64,000 nucleotides of DNA from Carcharhinus amblyrhynchos (lineage: Eukaryota), in NCBI GenBank assembly GCA_965287045.1, contig OZ336881.1, forward strand, positions 81,530,001 to 81,594,000, read 5' to 3'. A program made the translations under genes and the position numbers. A model generated the notes under the pieces. The model worked only from the letters and a program-made list of their open reading frames with translations. It was not told the DNA's origin and ran no database searches. Positions 60,281 to 64,000 of the stretch are shown here, piece after piece (position 1 is the stretch's first letter; every line of letters starts with the position of its first letter).

Positions 60281-61773
60281 CCAGCCCTCTGATCCGTCCC
60301 AGCTGAACAGTAACACGGTTACAGCTTGAGTCACTTTGCAAGCAGCTGACAGGGAGTTGGCTGCAATGCCTACTAATAGCAGCAAGCTGTTTCTCATCTC
60401 CATGCCCTCGCCCTCTATCTCTGTAACTCTTCCAGCCCTGCAACCCCTGCAGGTCTCTAAGCTCCTGCAATTCTGGTCTCTTGCTCATCACCATTGGGTG
60501 CCATGCCTTCAGCTGCCTTGGCTCCTTTCCTAAACCTCTCTGCCTCTCTTTCTTCTTAAAAATGCTCCCAAAGAACCTCCCACCCATCTGCCTAATGTGC
60601 CTCGGTGTCAATTTTCATTTGACACTGCTCCGGTGAAATGCCTGGGGACACTATTGCCTGCATACATTTTTAAACATTATTCTTTCACAGGATGTGGGCA
60701 TCACTGGCTGGATCAGCATTTATTGCCCCTTGAGACTGTGGCGGTGAGCTGCCCTCTTTAACTGCTGCAGCCCATGTGCTGTAGGTAGATCCACAGTGCT
60801 GATAGGGAGGGAGTTCCAGGATTTTGATGCGGCGACAGCGCAGGAACGGTGACACATTTCCGGATCAGGATGGCGTGTTATTTGAACAGGGATCGCAGGT
60901 GGTGGTTTTCCGTGCATCTGCTGCCCTTGTTGTTCTAGATGTTGTGGATTTGGAAGGTGCCGTTGAAGGAGTCTTGGCGAGTTGTTCAGTGCATCTTGTA
61001 GATGGTGCCACTGCTCTTTGGGAGTGGCAGGAGTGAATGTTTATTGAAGGGGTAGCAATCAAGCAGGGCGGTTTTATCCTGGAAGATGTTGAGCTTCTTG
61101 AGTGTTGTTGGAGCTGCACCCATTTAAATAATTGGAGAGTGTTCCATCACACTCCTGACTTGAGCCTTGTAGATGGTTGACAGGCTTTGGGGAGTCAGGA
61201 GATGAATTCCCAGCCTCTGACCTGCTCTTGTAGCCACGGTATTTATATAGAATCACAGAATAGTAGAATCCCTACAATGCAGAAGGAGGCCATTGAGCCT
61301 GCACCAATAACAATCCTACCCAGGGCCTCACGTATTTAACCTGCTAACCTCCCTGACACCTCCCTGATCGATTTCAGCATGGCCAATCAATCTAACCCGC
61401 ACATCTCTGGACTGTGGGAGGAAACTGGAGCACCTGAAGGAAACCCATGCAGACATGGGGAGAATGTGCAAACTCCACACAGACGGTGACCCAAGCCAGG
61501 AATCGAACCCAGGCCCCTGACGCTGTGAGGCAGCAGTGCTAACCACTGTGCCACTGTGCAGTTTTACATTGCACGAGACCATCCTTCCTTCTGAGGCTCT
61601 TGAACCTTGCTGCACTCGACTGGTTCACTCGATGTGACGTCTCGCCTCATGTTTCTGTGGAAGGATTTTGGTGTTTTCAATCTGGGTTACCCCTCGGAGG
61701 AGGCCAGTTGGGGGGGTGGGGGTTGAGGGGGGTGTTGCTTAGGGAGGAGGGAAGAGAGGCGAAAGGCTCTTAC

Positions 61774-61926
61774 CTCGCAGCACGGTCTTCAGGTTAACCT
61801 TGGCTTGTTGGTGCAAATCCTCTACGCACGAGGAGCGGCTTGACGGAAGGAAGACGTTCTCCTGCTGGTGCCACGATGCTTTATAGTGGACCGTCCATTT
61901 ACTCTCTTCGTCCAGGTTTGAGACGG
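61774..61926 (-). CDS. NHSL1: NHSL1 first common coding exon (part of WAVE/Scar homology domain)
   Basis: cttctAG/GTaaga; AVSNLDEESKWTVHYKASWHQQENVFLPSSRSSCVEDLHQQAKVNLKTVLR; 153 nt. Confidence 0.95.
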
Positions 61927-62194
61927 CTAGAAGAGAAAAGGAAAGGCCTCAGTCTGACTGGCTCAGTATCACACGAAGCAAAAGGAGGCCATTTGGCCCA
62001 ACAGCTGTCCAATCCATCTCATGTCCCCATATCCCGGTCAAACCCAACCCGGCCATCTTCCCATTGCAGCGTCTAGACATTTCTTACAATCCCACTGTCA
62101 TGATCTTAACCACTCTTCCAGGAAACCTTTTCATTTGAGCTGCTGATCTGTTCAGAACACCTGTAATATATATATAAATTATACATACAAAAAA

Positions 62195-63085
62195 CATAGC
62201 TGGTCTGATTAGCAAGTTTGTGGGTGATACTAAGATTGGCGGAGTTCCGAATGGTGATGGAGATTGTCAGAGAATAGAGCAGGGTATAGATAAACTGGAA
62301 AATTGGGCGGACAAATGGCAGATGGAATTTAATGCAGACACATGCGAGGTGATGCATTTTGGTAGATCCAATTCGGGTTGGAGCTAAGATTCCATCAGGA
62401 GCACAGAGAGATCTGGGAGTGCAATCCACAAATCCTTAAAGGTGGCAACACAGGTGGAAAAGGTGGTGAAGAAAGCATGTGGCATGCTTGCCTTCATCGG
62501 ACAGGGCATCAAGTGTGAAAGTTGGCAAATGATGTTGCAGTTTTATAAAACGTTGGATAGGCCACATTTGGAATACAGTGTCCAATTCTGGTCACCACAC
62601 TACCAGAAGGGCAAGGAGGCTTCGGAGAGGGTACAGAAAAGGTTTACCAGGATGTTGCCTGGTATTGGAGGGTATTAGCTGTGAGGAGAGATTGAATAAA
62701 CTGGGATTGTTCTCCCTGGGCTGGCGGGGGTGGGGGCGACCTTTTAGAAATTTATAAAATTATGAGGGGTGTGGATAGGGCGAACAGTTGGAAGCTTTTT
62801 CCCAGGGGCAGAAATGACAATTACAAGGGGGCACAAGTTCAAGGTAAGGGGTTTCAGTGGAAATGTGCAGGGGGAGTTTTATTTTTACACAGAGGGTGGT
62901 GGGGGCCTGGAACGCACTGAGTGGCTGAGGCAGACATGTTAGCAACATTTAAGACTTATCTGGATAGACACATGAACAGACGGGGAATAGAGGGGTACAG
63001 GATGCCGACAGGTTGGTCTGGATAGGACAACGTGATCGGCGCAGGCCGAAGGGCCTGTTCCTGTGCTGTACTGTTCTTTGTTCTT
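62195..63085 (+). mobile_element. CR1 LINE fragment, degenerate
   Basis: WADKWQMEFNA..CEVMHFGRSN; RPHLEYSVQFWSPHY. Confidence 0.9.
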
Positions 63086-64000
63086 TAGCACAATCCAGCA
63101 AGTAGAGGGGGATTAGGACAAGCTAATTGTGATGACTTCCTTGGAGACGACGTCTGACCGGAACCATCCACATTGAAAATGCCTCAGACACACAGCATAT
63201 GGCAGCCGTGTGAAGAAAACACCAGACGTCACAAGCCTCATTACAGACAGTCTTGCTGCTGTATCGGATGTCCCACGCACACCTGAGATGTGGTGAGCTG
63301 CTTTGGGTGGAGTTAAGTCCATTCAGAGCAGCCTCAATGCAGAACAAAAGCACCTTTGTGGGCCCGAGGGGCAATTTTCTTTTCTCGCTAATATCAACGG
63401 GACGAAAGCAATAGGCAGGAGGGGCTGGGAAATTACTGCCGCCATTCCCAGAAATTCCATGCCCTGGGAGGGAAAAGGCAAACTGGGACGGGGAAAGGGG
63501 TGGGAGGGGGGAGAGAGAAAGGGGGAAAGAGAAAGAAAGAATGAATGTAAGAGAGAGAGAGAGCGTGACGGAGAGAGAGGGAGAGAGTGTGTGACGGGGA
63601 GAGTGTGGGAGAGAGTGAGAGAGTCTGAGAGAGAGTGAAAGAGAGGGAGAGAGTGAGAGAGAGCAAGGGAGGGTGTGAGGGAGAGCGAGGGAGGGTGTGA
63701 GGGAGAGCGAGGGAGTGGAGAAAGAGAGTGCAAGAGAACGAAGAGAGTGTGAGATAGAGAGTGCAAGAGAAAAAGGGCGCAAGAGTGTGAGATAGCATAA
63801 GTGAGAGAGCAAGCGAGAGGGATAGAGAGAGAAGAAATGCGCTTGAGAAAGAAAGGTGGGGAGGGTGGGCACACAAAGATCTCAGTTGGAATGTTATTTT
63901 CCTTGATCTTAGAATGTTTTGGAGTCCCAAGGCTCCACCACCAATACTATGAACTGGAGAAATATCGAACGAGAAACATTGCAGGTTTAGAGGGAAAAGT

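Noticed and set aside
63100-63500. Upstream NHSL1 alternative first exon
   Set aside because: No convincing ATG plus phase-1 donor, and no match to recalled NHSL1 N-termini

Overview
Vertebrate genomic DNA, most likely a shark (elasmobranch HE1-type V-SINEs, HER1/CR1 LINEs, Deu-SINEs). Two spliced genes converge tail-to-tail. On + are the last 9 coding exons of ARFGEF3/BIG3 (53-16595). On - are 7 core coding exons of NHSL1 (61926 down to 29926, 5' end outside the window), plus a candidate in-frame 60-nt cassette exon (48527-48586) resembling the alternative CCHMTPW exon of the paralog NHS. The large NHSL1 exon is 1 nt short of frame in a poly-Pro G/C run. Both putative long 3' UTRs hold large minisatellites: a 47-bp array made from a CR1 ORF2 segment, and a 23-bp G-rich array. 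No HEBP2 is visible between the genes. Introns are full of SINEs and LINEs, including palindromic Penelope-derived elements with a minimal hammerhead ribozyme core and a V-SINE with two alternative 3' tails. Homology calls come from recalled protein and repeat sequences, not database searches. Repeat boundaries are approximate.
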